DNA of 64,000 nt from Acidobacteriota bacterium (GCA_965209055.1 OZ242374.1:4544001-4608000), one strand, 5' to 3'. Positions 50,879 through 61,526 are shown, counted from the stretch's first letter. Numbers and translations are program-made. Notes: generated by a model from the sequence alone, not told the origin.

Positions 50879-51300
50879 ATCGAGAGTCCTCCATTGGGGA
50901 ATGGCAGCGCGCAGTGCAAGCGCTCGGATCGGCCAAGCTTCTGCTGCAGTCCGATTATCGAGCTGACTCCGTGTCTCGCTCCTATTATGCGATTCTTCAC
51001 GCTGCCAAATCTGCTCTGTTCGTACACGATATTGCCACATACAGTCATACCGCAGTGAGGAGCATGTTCGGCCTTCACCTTGTACGCACCGGTGAGATCG
51101 AACGAGAATGGGCAAGGGATCTTGCCGAGAGCTCGGATGATCGACTGATGGCGGATTAAAGTCTGCATACGCACTTCTCTCGAGACGAAACCAAACACGA
51201 GTATGAGCGAGCGAAAGCGTTCCTTGAACGGATACACAGGTACTTGACCGAGCGCGGATTGACCCGTCGGGAACTCGATTCGGAGCATGGCGGAGGTTAA
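50875..51300 (+). pseudogene. HEPN (UPF0332-like) protein with an internal nonsense codon
   Basis: GTGA overlap with MNT; SRSYYAILHAAK, SHTAV..FG, RLMAD* (TAA 51157-51159); the frame continues to AKAFLERI and TAA at 51300. Confidence 0.85.
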
Positions 51301-51305
51301 GTAAA

Positions 51306-54300
51306 TTATTCCCTCGGCCACAACTTGACCCGCCAGAACCAGCCGTCCACCTGGACGAAGAGGACGTTGGGCTCCACCTCGATGACGGTGGTGTAGGAGG
51401 ATCCCATCCTCTCCGCCAAGGTGACGGTTTCCCAGGTCTTCCCCTCGTCCTCGCTCAAGGCGAACCGCACCAGCGCCCCCCGCTCCCTGGGCTGGAGATG
51501 GGTGCCGGCCGGGAATCTCTGACCGTAGCTCAACAGCACCCTGCCGTCTCGAAGCTTGAGGAGTGTGGGATCGCAGCCCCGGTCCAGGCCGGTGTAGACC
51601 GGCTCGCTCCAGGTTTTGCCCCAATCCTCGCTCCAACTGGCGAACAGAGGCGTGAAGTGGCCCGTCCGCATGACGCAGAGGAGCCGGCCTTCGCCCAGAT
51701 GCAGGAGGGACGGCTCGGTGAATCCCTCGCCCACCGGGTCTCCCGGCTTGGGTGCGGCAACGGTGGAGAAGTAGTCCCAGGACCGTCCCTGGTCCTTGGA
51801 GATCAGCGTGAAGGTCCGCTGCTGGTAGTGGGTCTCCGACGAGCTGCGCCGGTCGGTGGGCGGCAGGTTGTCCGTTTCCAGGTTCCCCTCCATGGTGGTC
51901 ATGAGGGTCCCGTCCGGCATCTCCAGCATGTCCCGGTAGAAGTAGAGCCCGTACCACTCGCCCTCTTCCCGTGCCCTCGGCGGACCGCCGGGCACCCGAA
52001 TCACCGATTCCTCCTCCTGGAGGGTCGCCAGGTCGTCCCGCGAGCGCCAGGAGCGGACCGTATAGAGTCCCGGCGCCTGGAAGTCGGCGGCCCCGCCCAG
52101 TGCGAAGAAGTGACCTTTGCGGACGTAGAAGACCCGTTCCGGAATGCGGAGGACCTCCTGCAGGGAAGGTCCCTCGTGAGCCACGAAGGTCTTGCCGCCG
52201 TCGAGGCTTTTCTTGTCTCCGTAAAAATAGATGGTGCCGTCCGGCGCCTGGAAGGATCGGGCCCATCCCCCCTCTCCCCATCCTCCTCCAGGTCCGTAGC
52301 GCCGGATGGGCCCGATTTCCCGGATGATGCTCTGTCCACCTTCGGGTGGTCCCACCGCGCCGGAGGTTCGCCGGGTGACACGAACCTCGTCCATCAGGCC
52401 GACGAACTGATTCCCCGGATCGCTCGACCCCTCGTGGCGGTAGGTGATGAAGCGCCCTTCCAGGTCCTGTCCCACCCTCAGATCGGACGCCAGGTAGAGG
52501 CCCACGACCGGAGCTTTTTCGGAAGGGGTCAAGTGTCGGACGATCGAACGTTCGTAGTAGAGGTGGGAGGTCCCCGCCATGAGCTGTCCGTCGCCGACCA
52601 GTTCGCCGTCCAGGTAGAGGCGCACCCGGCCCTCGTCATAAGTGGCCTCCATGAGGTGAAACCGGTCGGTGAGGATGGAGACCGACCGTGACCGCACGGT
52701 CTGACCGTTGCAGACGAAACGAAGATCGCCGCCGTTGGGGTTGAAGTCGAAGATGAGCTCTCCGGTGGCCGGATCGCCTGTGCCGCGATAGTTGCTGAAC
52801 AGGCGCATGCGCCGTTTCAGGGCCGGCTTCACCCGGGCTGACAGGGTGAAACGGGTGCCCAGGTTCCGGGTTCCCAATATCTCCAAGGAGTCGTGGGTCT
52901 TCCCTTCCCCGTAGAACTCCGCCACTCCGCTGCCGGAGACGGCCCGCTCCCGATCCCGGACCAGTCGAACCGAATTGTGCAGTCGCACCTCCTGTCGACC
53001 GTCGTCAGTCTGGTTGTCCTGGACCGCGCTCTCCCGGTCTGCCTCGAAATCGAGCAGGACGTCCAAGAGAGGTGATTGGTCCGCCGGCTCCAAGGGCCCG
53101 GCCGTCCGGAAGGAGTAGAGCGAGGCGTTTTTCAGGTAGAACCGCAGGTGCGCGGGCCGCGCGGATACCGGCCACTGGTCGCGCCCCTGCCACCGGACAA
53201 CCTGATCGACGCCGTCGTCCGTCAGCGGGTCGCATTGATCCTTGCCGAAACCCGGGATGATGTTTCCGGATGAGTCCAGCAGTTCGACTCGCAACCAACC
53301 CCGGCCCGCGTCGGCGTTGACGCGCAGAGGCCCGGCAGGAGGACGCAGCCGGCGTGTCGTGATGGAACCCACTTCGTCCCCGGCATCCAGCGACGCGAAG
53401 CCGTCCTTGCGCAGGGTGGCCATGCCGATGGCGCAGTTGCCCCATCCGCCCGCCACCGGGCTCACGTGGGTCTGGTCCGAGGCTCCGTAGAAGAGCTTGA
53501 TCTCGTCCCCTTCCACCAACGGCTGACTCGGGGTGTGCAGCATGCCGTCGTCCCACTGGCCGGAGGTTCCCAGCTCCAGCAGAGGCGGGCGGTCGCCCTC
53601 TTCCCGTTTCCACTCGATCCCGTCCCGGCTGCTCACCAGCTCCACGTGGATGGTCCCGTCGTTGTGCCCGTCGTCGATCCGGAACACCCAGAGGAAACCC
53701 AGGTACATGGATTCGTAGGCGAAGGCGGAGAGACCGTAGAAATCGGTGTGTTGCCGGTCGGCGGTGACCCACCGGTCGTCCACGGCGTCCGGCGCCAGGA
53801 CCAGTTGGGTCGGAGGCCAGTTGAGGAAATCGGTGGTGGCGGTCAGGCCGATGGCCCGCCGCCGGTGCCCCCCGTTGGGCACGAATATCTTCGCGTAGCC
53901 CAGATAGCGGCCTTGGTGGGGGTCCCAGACGAAATTGCCCACGTCTCCGGGATCCGCCAACAGGGGTTCCTCCCGAATCGGGCTCCAGTGGATGCCGTCG
54001 CTGGACCAAGCCCCGTAGTAGCCGCTGACCCGGTGATGGGGATCGGTGCGCCCGTAGTCGTAGTAGACCAGCTTGTATTCCTTGTCGGGGTCCGGGTCCC
54101 AGGGGGTGTGGATCACCAGCGGGATGTGGCTCTCCCGCATCCGGTCCAGGAAGATGTTGTTGGCTCCTGAACCCCGATACCGGACGATGTCCAGATCCGG
54201 CTTCGTCCACTGGACGCCGTCCCGGCTCTCGGCGTAGAGGTTGCGGTACTGCTCGTTCGGGTCGGCGTCCGGATTGGCGGTGTGGTACCACATCCGGTAA

Positions 54301-54575
54301 CCCTTGCCTTCGGGCGACGGGAGGACGGTTCCCAGCAGGTAGGCCACCTGTCCTTCCCAGGGACGATCGGGTTTCAGGACCGGGTTGGCCGCGTGCTTTT
54401 GAAACGGATGGTAGCGCCGGACCAGCCCCTGCTTCTGCTGGATCAGGTGATCGTCCACCACCAGTTCCCAGGGGCCGGTCAGGTCGCCCAATGAACGCGG
54501 TTTCGATTCCGGGGTGGAGCCCCATACTGATCCCGTGAACAGCAGGAAAGAAACGATGAAACCGATTCCAATCAT
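51306..54575 (-). CDS. Large secreted multidomain protein: GH32-like propeller + LamG-like + BNR/sialidase-like domain
   Basis: Signal peptide; NPVL.PDRPWE, YAESRDG..W.KP, LRKDGFASL.AG; ATYDEGRVRLYLDG and GLMDEVRV (LamG); Asp-boxes SKDQGRSW, SEDWGKTW, SEDEGKTW. Confidence 0.75.
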   Translation of the reverse strand: MIGIGFIVSFLLFTGSVWGSTPESKPRSLGDLTGPWELVVDDHLIQQKQGLVRRYHPFQKHAANPVLKPDRPWEGQVAYLLGTVLPSPEGKGYRMWYHTANPDADPNEQYRNLYAESRDGVQWTKPDLDIVRYRGSGANNIFLDRMRESHIPLVIHTPWDPDPDKEYKLVYYDYGRTDPHHRVSGYYGAWSSDGIHWSPIREEPLLADPGDVGNFVWDPHQGRYLGYAKIFVPNGGHRRRAIGLTATTDFLNWPPTQLVLAPDAVDDRWVTADRQHTDFYGLSAFAYESMYLGFLWVFRIDDGHNDGTIHVELVSSRDGIEWKREEGDRPPLLELGTSGQWDDGMLHTPSQPLVEGDEIKLFYGASDQTHVSPVAGGWGNCAIGMATLRKDGFASLDAGDEVGSITTRRLRPPAGPLRVNADAGRGWLRVELLDSSGNIIPGFGKDQCDPLTDDGVDQVVRWQGRDQWPVSARPAHLRFYLKNASLYSFRTAGPLEPADQSPLLDVLLDFEADRESAVQDNQTDDGRQEVRLHNSVRLVRDRERAVSGSGVAEFYGEGKTHDSLEILGTRNLGTRFTLSARVKPALKRRMRLFSNYRGTGDPATGELIFDFNPNGGDLRFVCNGQTVRSRSVSILTDRFHLMEATYDEGRVRLYLDGELVGDGQLMAGTSHLYYERSIVRHLTPSEKAPVVGLYLASDLRVGQDLEGRFITYRHEGSSDPGNQFVGLMDEVRVTRRTSGAVGPPEGGQSIIREIGPIRRYGPGGGWGEGGWARSFQAPDGTIYFYGDKKSLDGGKTFVAHEGPSLQEVLRIPERVFYVRKGHFFALGGAADFQAPGLYTVRSWRSRDDLATLQEEESVIRVPGGPPRAREEGEWYGLYFYRDMLEMPDGTLMTTMEGNLETDNLPPTDRRSSSETHYQQRTFTLISKDQGRSWDYFSTVAAPKPGDPVGEGFTEPSLLHLGEGRLLCVMRTGHFTPLFASWSEDWGKTWSEPVYTGLDRGCDPTLLKLRDGRVLLSYGQRFPAGTHLQPRERGALVRFALSEDEGKTWETVTLAERMGSSYTTVIEVEPNVLFVQVDGWFWRVKLWPRE

Positions 54576-54613
54576 TCTATGTAGTCCCTCGCAAGCTCCG
54601 GGTCGGTTTCGAA

Positions 54614-54642
54614 GAGGGGGACAAGACTGTCCCCCCTCCTAC
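54614..54642 (-). repeat. REP-like element with GTAG tetranucleotide
   Basis: Minus strand GTAG-GAGGGGGGACAgtctTGTCCCCCTC, same family as 40456-40508; overlaps the SDR stop codon. Confidence 0.65.
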
Positions 54643-55409
54643 GACATCACCTCTCCCGCCGAGATGTCCACCGCCTGTCCCGTGATGGCCGCCCCCGAGG
54701 GCGACACCAGGAAGTGCACCAGATTGGCGACCTCTTCGGGACGGATCATGGTTCCCAAGGGAATTCCGTCCAGGATACGCTGCCGCATTGCATCGACGCT
54801 CACGCCCTCGAGGCGGGCGGTCTCCCGGAGGTCCTTGCGGGCCATGGGAGTCCGGACCCAGCCGGGACAGACGGCGTTGACCGTGATCCCGCGAGGAGCC
54901 AGCTCCAGGGCCAGCGCCCGGGTCAGGCCGATCACCCCATGCTTGGAAGCGCAGTAGGCGCTGTACCCGGCCGTTCCCACCTTCCCCGAAATGGACGAGA
55001 TGTGGACGATTCGGCCGCCGTCCTGGAAATGGGGCAGCGCCCGGTGGGTGCAGTAGTAGACGCCGGTCAGATTCGTGGCCAGCACCTCGTGCCAGGTCTC
55101 GTCGCCCGGTTCCAGAATGGGATTCCGTTTCGAGATCCCGGCGTTGTTCACCAGGATCCGGATCCGGCCCCATTCCCCGGTGACGGCAGAGATGGAATCC
55201 TCCACCTGCCGGCTGTCGCTGACGTCGCAGACCCGGGCCAGGACCCGGATGCCGCCGGCCGCCATTGCTCCGGCGGCGGCCTCGAGCCCCTCCCGGTTGC
55301 GATCGCAGATAGCGACCCGGGCGCCCTCGCTGCCGAGCTTCCAGGCGATGGCCCGGCCCATGCCCTCCGCCGCCCCCGTGACCACCGCCACCGCCGATTT
55401 CAGGGACAT
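54639..55409 (-). CDS. SDR family NAD(P)-dependent oxidoreductase
   Basis: TGAAEGMG, NNAGI, YCASK, NAVCPGWV.T. Confidence 0.92.
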   Translation of the reverse strand: MSLKSAVAVVTGAAEGMGRAIAWKLGSEGARVAICDRNREGLEAAAGAMAAGGIRVLARVCDVSDSRQVEDSISAVTGEWGRIRILVNNAGISKRNPILEPGDETWHEVLATNLTGVYYCTHRALPHFQDGGRIVHISSISGKVGTAGYSAYCASKHGVIGLTRALALELAPRGITVNAVCPGWVRTPMARKDLRETARLEGVSVDAMRQRILDGIPLGTMIRPEEVANLVHFLVSPSGAAITGQAVDISAGEVMS

Positions 55410-55530
55410 CCCGTAGCTCGACCCCTTCGTCTCTACGCGCCCGATCACTTGACAGACCGGCCCTCAGAGGGCACAAGTAACAAGGTGTTCGGAAGCTATC
55501 AACGGAAAGGAAACGATTCAAGGTAACGCC

Positions 55531-56865
55531 ATGACTGTCCTCGAAACCATTCGCTCCAAGTCCGCTCAGGTGCTGGATTTCAATGAACGCTACATCCCCG
55601 GCGGAGTGGTCTCCATCGTACGCAAGGCGGAGCCTGACCTGGCCTTCGCCCGGGGCCGGGGGGCCTACATCTGGGATGTGGACGGCAACCGTTACCTGGA
55701 CTACCACGCGGCCTTCGCCCCCATCGTGCTGGGCCACAACGACCCCTACGTGAATGAGGCGGTCCGCAAGGCCATCGACGCCGGGGCCAGCCTTTACGGC
55801 AGCGGGACCAACGAGTTGGAGGGCCGTCTGGCCGAAATGCTCTGCACCCACGTTCCGGCGGTGGAAATGGTGGAGTTCCTAAACACCGGCACCGAGGCCT
55901 CCATGGCTTCTGTGCGCCTGGCCCGCGCCGCCACCGGCCGCGACCATGTCATCGTCACGCAGGGAGGCTTCAACGGTTCCCACAACGACGTGGCCTGCAA
56001 CGTACTCACGCCTCTGGACCAGATCGGACCCCGCGTCTCGCCCGGCGAGTACCGTTACATTCCGCTGGGACCCGGGGTCCCCGACGCTCACGCCCAACTG
56101 GTGCACGTCATCAACTTCAACGACCTGGATTCGGTCCGCTATGTCTGTGAGCGTCACGAAGTGGCCGCCCTGGTGACCGAGCCCATCCTGCAGAACATCG
56201 GCATCATGAAGCCGGTCCCCGGATACCTGGAAGGGCTCCGGGAGCTGGCCGACGAGTACGGCTTCGTGCTCATCTTCGACGAAGTGAAGACCGGATTCCG
56301 ATACTCGGTGGGCGGCTACAGCGAGGTCAGCGGCGTGACACCCGATCTGGTCTACTTCGCCAAGGCGGTGGCCAACGGCTATCCCTTCTCGGCACTGGGC
56401 GGGAAGAGGGAGCTTCTGGAGCATTTCGCCCATCCCGATCCCTCCAAGCGGCCCATCGTCTCCGGGACCTACAACGGCCATCCCGTCTCGGTGAGCGCCG
56501 CCATCGCCACCATCGAGCGGCTGCTGGAAGGCGGCGGACAGGTGTACCGGCACATCGACCGGCTGGGACAACGCTGCCAGGCCGGGATCGAGTCGATCCT
56601 GAGTTCCCGGGGGATCACCGGGACCGTGGCCCGCCAGGGATCCGCTTTCTGCCTCTACCTGATGGACCACGAGCCGGTGGACTGGCACGACTTGGCCGGA
56701 AACCACGATTTCAACCAGGACCTGGCCATGCGGCGCGCCCTGATTGAGCGCGGAATCTACTTCTTCCCGGTGGCCACCAAGCAATGCTCCATCTCGGCGG
56801 CCCACACCGACTCGGACATCGACCGCACGCTGGATGCCCTGGACGAAGTCCTGTCAGAACTCTAG
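55531..56865 (+). CDS. Class III PLP aminotransferase (glutamate-1-semialdehyde aminomutase-like)
   Basis: GAYIWDVDGNRYLD, NTGTEA, LIFDEVKTGFR, FAKAVANG, GTYNGHP. Confidence 0.88.
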   Translation: MTVLETIRSKSAQVLDFNERYIPGGVVSIVRKAEPDLAFARGRGAYIWDVDGNRYLDYHAAFAPIVLGHNDPYVNEAVRKAIDAGASLYGSGTNELEGRLAEMLCTHVPAVEMVEFLNTGTEASMASVRLARAATGRDHVIVTQGGFNGSHNDVACNVLTPLDQIGPRVSPGEYRYIPLGPGVPDAHAQLVHVINFNDLDSVRYVCERHEVAALVTEPILQNIGIMKPVPGYLEGLRELADEYGFVLIFDEVKTGFRYSVGGYSEVSGVTPDLVYFAKAVANGYPFSALGGKRELLEHFAHPDPSKRPIVSGTYNGHPVSVSAAIATIERLLEGGGQVYRHIDRLGQRCQAGIESILSSRGITGTVARQGSAFCLYLMDHEPVDWHDLAGNHDFNQDLAMRRALIERGIYFFPVATKQCSISAAHTDSDIDRTLDALDEVLSEL

Positions 56866-56891
56866 CTGCCGGGGCGGACTCGACGTCATTC

Positions 56892-59045
56892 ATGGATGTT
56901 CGCCACCGCTTCGCCGTTTGGTGCTGCCACCTGGTCCTCCTCTCCCTCCCTGTCCATTCCCAGGGAGGCTCGAGTGAAGACTGCCGTTCCTGCCACCTGG
57001 AGATCTACGACTCCCACCAGACCACCGGGATGGGCCGCGCCTTCTCGCTCCCTGATCCCACCAACACGATGGGAGAAGACCAGGAGGAGGCGACCTACTA
57101 CCACCGGGCCTCCGACCGGCACTACACGGTCGCCCGCAGGAACGGCTCGTACTATTTGAGCCGGCACCAGTTGAACGAGAAGGGGAAGACCGTCAACCGG
57201 GTGGAAAAGGAGATCCACTACGTCCTGGGGTCCGGGAACCGGGGCCGGACCTATCTCCACCGGACCGCTTGGGGCGCCCTTTACCAGTTGCCGTTGGCCT
57301 GGTATTCGGAAGAGGGAGGACACTGGGGCATGAGTCCCGGTTACGACCGCCCCGACCACAAGGGTTTCAGCCGGCGGATCGACTATGCCTGCATGTTCTG
57401 CCACAACGCCTACCCGCAACTGCCGCCGGGAGACGACGCCAACGGCAAGGACCCCCTCTTCCCGGAAGAACTCCCCAACGGCATCGATTGCCAGCGCTGC
57501 CACGGGCCCGGGAACGCCCACTTGAAGGCGGTTCGCAGGCGCGCCTCCAAGGACGCCATCCGCGCATCCATCGTGAATCCGGCCCGGCTGGATCCCGTCC
57601 GGCAGATGGAAGTCTGCCTCCAGTGCCACCTGGAGTCCACCACCAAGGGCCTCCCGGCGATGATTCGAAACTACGACCGGGAGGTCTTCTCATACCGGCC
57701 GGGGGAGCCGCTGGCGGACTACATCCTCCACTTCGACGCTTCTGATCAGAAAGAGGCGGAGGAACGGTTCGAGGTGAATCACGCCGGGTACCGGTTCCTG
57801 AGGTCGGCCTGCTTCCAGGAGAGCGAAGGCCGGTTCACCTGCGTGACCTGCCACGACCCCCACCGGCCGGCCTCGGCACCCGAGTCGCGGACCGCGTCGC
57901 GGGATGCCTGCAATCGTTGCCATGCGAGCCACGTGGAATCTCTGGTGGCTGCGGGAGAGCACCCGGCGGACGAGGACTGCCTGCTCTGCCACATGCCCCG
58001 GCGCAGGACCCAGGACGTGGTCCACGCCGTCATGACCGATCACCGGATTGCCCGCCGTCCGCCCGAAGGCGACCTCTTGGCGGCGCTGGCCGAATCCCAC
58101 CAGGAAGTGATCCTGGGAGAGGTCATCCGCTACTATCCGCCGGGTCCCGCCGAATCAGGCCGGATCGAGCTCTACGACGCGCTGGCTCAAGTCAAACAGG
58201 ACGCCAACCTGAAGTCCGGAATTCCCAGGCTGGAAAAAGCCCTGGAGGTCCAACGTCCTCTCCACGCAGGCTTTTACTTCGAGCTGGGGGACGCCTACTT
58301 GGCGGAGGGCAGATTCAAGGACGCCGTCCGCCTCCACCAGGATGCACTTCGCCGGCAACGAGACTACCTGCCGGCCCTGCGCAACCAGTGGCTGGCGCTG
58401 TCGGGGCAAGGATCCCTGGAACAGGGTCTGGCCATGCTTCGAAACACCCTTGCGGTCAAGCCGGACGACACGGTCAGCCTGACGCAACTGGGCTATGCCT
58501 TGTTGGAATCGGGTCGGCTGACAGAGGCCACACAGGTCTTGCAATCCAGCTTGCGCCTGGACCCGGATCTTCCCGATGCCTACAACAACCTGGGCTTGGC
58601 CCTGTCCCGGCAGAATCTCGGACCACAAGCCACGAAGGCTTTCCAGGAAGCGATCCGTCTTGAGCCCAATTTCGCCAGCGCCCACTACAATCTGGGGCTT
58701 CAACACTACGCAGCGAGGGCGGCCGGACCGGCCATCGCTTCTTTCCGCAGGGCCATTGCGCTGGCTCCCGAAATGGCGACCGCCCACACCAACCTGGGGG
58801 CGACGCTGGCGGCCACGGGAAAGGTGGAAGAGGCGGTCGAGGCCTTTCGCCGCGCGCTGGAGATCGAACCGGGTCTGCTGGCGGCTCAAGTCAACTTGGG
58901 CCTGTCACTCGCTTCTCTGGGACATCTCCGGGAAGCCCTGGATGCCATCCGGGCGGCCTTGAAGTTGAAGCCCGGCGACGAATTCCTGATGGAGCAGATC
59001 AAGCAACTCGAAGCGAAGCTCGGAAAGGAGCCCGAATCCCCATGA
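56892..59045 (+). CDS. Multiheme cytochrome c + TPR protein
   Basis: Seven CxxCH motifs (CRSCH, CMFCH, CQRCH, CLQCH, CVTCH, CNRCH, CLLCH), TDHRI, C-terminal TPRs (AYNNLG, AHYNLG). Confidence 0.88.
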   Translation: MDVRHRFAVWCCHLVLLSLPVHSQGGSSEDCRSCHLEIYDSHQTTGMGRAFSLPDPTNTMGEDQEEATYYHRASDRHYTVARRNGSYYLSRHQLNEKGKTVNRVEKEIHYVLGSGNRGRTYLHRTAWGALYQLPLAWYSEEGGHWGMSPGYDRPDHKGFSRRIDYACMFCHNAYPQLPPGDDANGKDPLFPEELPNGIDCQRCHGPGNAHLKAVRRRASKDAIRASIVNPARLDPVRQMEVCLQCHLESTTKGLPAMIRNYDREVFSYRPGEPLADYILHFDASDQKEAEERFEVNHAGYRFLRSACFQESEGRFTCVTCHDPHRPASAPESRTASRDACNRCHASHVESLVAAGEHPADEDCLLCHMPRRRTQDVVHAVMTDHRIARRPPEGDLLAALAESHQEVILGEVIRYYPPGPAESGRIELYDALAQVKQDANLKSGIPRLEKALEVQRPLHAGFYFELGDAYLAEGRFKDAVRLHQDALRRQRDYLPALRNQWLALSGQGSLEQGLAMLRNTLAVKPDDTVSLTQLGYALLESGRLTEATQVLQSSLRLDPDLPDAYNNLGLALSRQNLGPQATKAFQEAIRLEPNFASAHYNLGLQHYAARAAGPAIASFRRAIALAPEMATAHTNLGATLAATGKVEEAVEAFRRALEIEPGLLAAQVNLGLSLASLGHLREALDAIRAALKLKPGDEFLMEQIKQLEAKLGKEPESP

Positions 59046-59956
59046 AAGAAAGATTGCAGGGCGTGATCGCCAACATTCCCATGTGCTTCAACGTCGACTG
59101 GAGCATGGACGAGACCGCCCTCCGGAACAATATTCGCGCCTACCGCGGCGAGGGCCTCGAGGCCATGTACCTCTTGGGCACCAGCGGTGAGCTCTTCAAC
59201 GTTTCTCCGGACGAGTACCGGCGAGCCGTGAGGATCTTCGTCGAGGAGGCGGGACCGGAGACGCTCAAGGTGGTGGGGGCGACCTCGGTTCGATTGGGCG
59301 GAATCCTGGAGACTGTCCAGTGGCTGGCCGAGGCCGGCGCCGACGCGGTCCTGGCCATCCCGCCCCACTTCATTCCCTTGAGCGCCGAGGAACGCGGCGG
59401 TGCGTTGCGCGCCATCGCCAACGCCTGTCCTTCCCTGGGAATCGTCCACTACAACACCAGCTACGCCCCGGAGGTGAAATTCGAGCCTCACGAATACGCG
59501 TCGTTGCTGGACGTGCCCAACCTCTGGGGCACGAAGCAGGGGCAGTTGTCACAAGAATTCTGGGACGGGCTGCAGGAGCATTCCGCTTCCTTGAGGCACC
59601 TCAGCCTGGACGACTGGATGGTCCGCTCCATGAAGTTGGGCGGCTACGGGGCCTTCTCCCTCCTGACCAGCCTGGCGCCCCGTTTCGCCCAAACCTGGCA
59701 CCAGGCCTGCAAGGCCCAAGAATGGGAACGGGCCGAAGCGATGCAGGTGGAGTTCGACCGCTGCATGGACCAGATCTACTGGCCCCTGAGCCGGCGCGGC
59801 TACACCGACGTGGCCGTGGACAAGGCGCTGATCGAAGCTTTCGGCTTCCTCCAGTCCAGCGCTCCCCGGCCGCCGCTGAAGCCGGTCTCGGAACCGGAGA
59901 AGGAGTGGGCCCGAGACGTGATCCAGAGTGAAGGGTATTTCCGAAACTTGATCTGA
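59042..59956 (+). CDS. DHDPS/NAL family aldolase-lyase
   Basis: LGTSGE, HYN, GTK Schiff-base Lys, PRPPL; ATGA overlap with the upstream gene. Confidence 0.82.
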   Translation: MKERLQGVIANIPMCFNVDWSMDETALRNNIRAYRGEGLEAMYLLGTSGELFNVSPDEYRRAVRIFVEEAGPETLKVVGATSVRLGGILETVQWLAEAGADAVLAIPPHFIPLSAEERGGALRAIANACPSLGIVHYNTSYAPEVKFEPHEYASLLDVPNLWGTKQGQLSQEFWDGLQEHSASLRHLSLDDWMVRSMKLGGYGAFSLLTSLAPRFAQTWHQACKAQEWERAEAMQVEFDRCMDQIYWPLSRRGYTDVAVDKALIEAFGFLQSSAPRPPLKPVSEPEKEWARDVIQSEGYFRNLI

Positions 59957-59999
59957 TTTATCAGAAAATACAGCGCATCTGACCTTCAGGACAGACTAA

Positions 60000-61526
60000 A
60001 TGAATCTCAACCCCATCGATATCCTGGTCATCATCGCCTACATGGGATGCCTCTCGCTCATCGGAATCTATTTTTCGCGCCGCCAGAAATCCCGTGACGA
60101 GTATTTCCTGGGCGACCGGAAAGTCTTCTGGTTTCTGGCCGGCGGCAGCGTCCTGGCCACCATCCTCTCCACCATCAGCTACCTCTCGGTTCCCGGAGAA
60201 GTGATCCGTTACGGCTTCGCCTACTGTTTCGGCCTGATCGTGGCGCCGCTGGTGATCCCCATCGTGAACCGGATCCTGATCCCCACCATCAAGGGGCTCG
60301 AGATCACCAGCGCCTACGAATACGTGGGCCGGCGATTCGACCGGGGCACCGGCACCCTGGCCTCCACCCTGTTCGTCTTCCGGACCCTGATCTGGTCCGG
60401 GATCATCATCTACACGGCCAGCTTCGCCTTCTCCGAGATCTCCGGCCTGGGCCTGTTCACCACCATCATCCTGCTGGGGATCATCACCACCTTCTACACC
60501 AGCGTGGGGGGTTTTCGGACCGTCATCTGGACCGACAACCTGCAGCTCTGGATCCTGCTGGCAGGCGCGCTCTCCATCCCCATCTACGTCTACTACCTGG
60601 TGGGGACGGGTCCCATGGGATGGTGGGAGACCTTCTCGGAAGCGGGACGGGGCGAGATGCAGGTCTTCAGCTTCGATCCCACGGTCCGCATCACCATCGT
60701 CGGCATCATGCTCAACATCCTGTTCTGGAACATCTGCGCCAACGGCGGCGACCAAGTGGCGATCCAGCGCTATCTTTCGACTCCCTCCATCAAGGCGGCG
60801 CGTCGCTCCGTCTGGGTCTACGCCTGGTCCAACGTCGTCCTCTACACGACCCTGGCGATCTGCGGCCTGGCCCTGTTCGCCTTCTACGCCCACATCTCCA
60901 ACCTTCCGGTAGCAGAGTTCCAGGCCAAGATCGCTCCTGAGGGCGACCGGCTCATGCCGCGCTTCATCGCCCAGCAGTTGCCCACCGGGGTGTCCGGCCT
61001 GGTCATGGCGGCTCTGCTGTCGGCGGCCATGTCCAGCCTCAGCTCGGCCATCAACTCCATCTCCGGCGTCCTGACGACCCATTTCGGCGGCCGTCGCAAA
61101 GGCTCCCGGCGGGGCCTACTGCTGGACAAGGGAGTCGCCGCCGGGGCCGGCGTCTTGGGAATCGGAGTGGCCGTCATCATCGCCGTGGTCATGAGCCGGA
61201 CCGACTGGAACATCCTGGACCTGAGCGGCCGGGTCAACGATGTCTTCGTGGGTCCCATCGCCGTCCTCTTTTTCGGAGGCATCCTGTTTCGCAGGGTCGG
61301 ACCGCAGGCGATCCTGCTGGGCTTTTTCCTGGCGGCGTCCGTCTCAATTTTCGTGAGCTTCAGCAAAGAATGGTTCGGGATGGAAAGGGCCATCTCCTGG
61401 ATGTGGGGAATTCCCTTCTCATTCACCTTGGGCATGATCGTGGCGGGACTGGGCGGTTTTCTCTTCCGTCGGCCCGCGCCTGACCAGATTCAAGGTCTCA
61501 CTTTCGGGGACCGAAAGGAGACATGA
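60000..61526 (+). CDS. Sodium:solute symporter (SSS) family transporter
   Basis: EYFLG, STISYLSVPGE, SAYEY, YTSVGGFRTVIWTD, DQVAIQRY, AAMSSLSSAINS. Confidence 0.92.
   Translation: MNLNPIDILVIIAYMGCLSLIGIYFSRRQKSRDEYFLGDRKVFWFLAGGSVLATILSTISYLSVPGEVIRYGFAYCFGLIVAPLVIPIVNRILIPTIKGLEITSAYEYVGRRFDRGTGTLASTLFVFRTLIWSGIIIYTASFAFSEISGLGLFTTIILLGIITTFYTSVGGFRTVIWTDNLQLWILLAGALSIPIYVYYLVGTGPMGWWETFSEAGRGEMQVFSFDPTVRITIVGIMLNILFWNICANGGDQVAIQRYLSTPSIKAARRSVWVYAWSNVVLYTTLAICGLALFAFYAHISNLPVAEFQAKIAPEGDRLMPRFIAQQLPTGVSGLVMAALLSAAMSSLSSAINSISGVLTTHFGGRRKGSRRGLLLDKGVAAGAGVLGIGVAVIIAVVMSRTDWNILDLSGRVNDVFVGPIAVLFFGGILFRRVGPQAILLGFFLAASVSIFVSFSKEWFGMERAISWMWGIPFSFTLGMIVAGLGGFLFRRPAPDQIQGLTFGDRKET

Noticed and set aside
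55531-56865. Calling the aminotransferase hemL
   Set aside because: The PLP-Lys context (FAKAVANG) and GTYNGHP differ from canonical HemL (GK.IGGG, GT.SGNP), and no hem genes are nearby.
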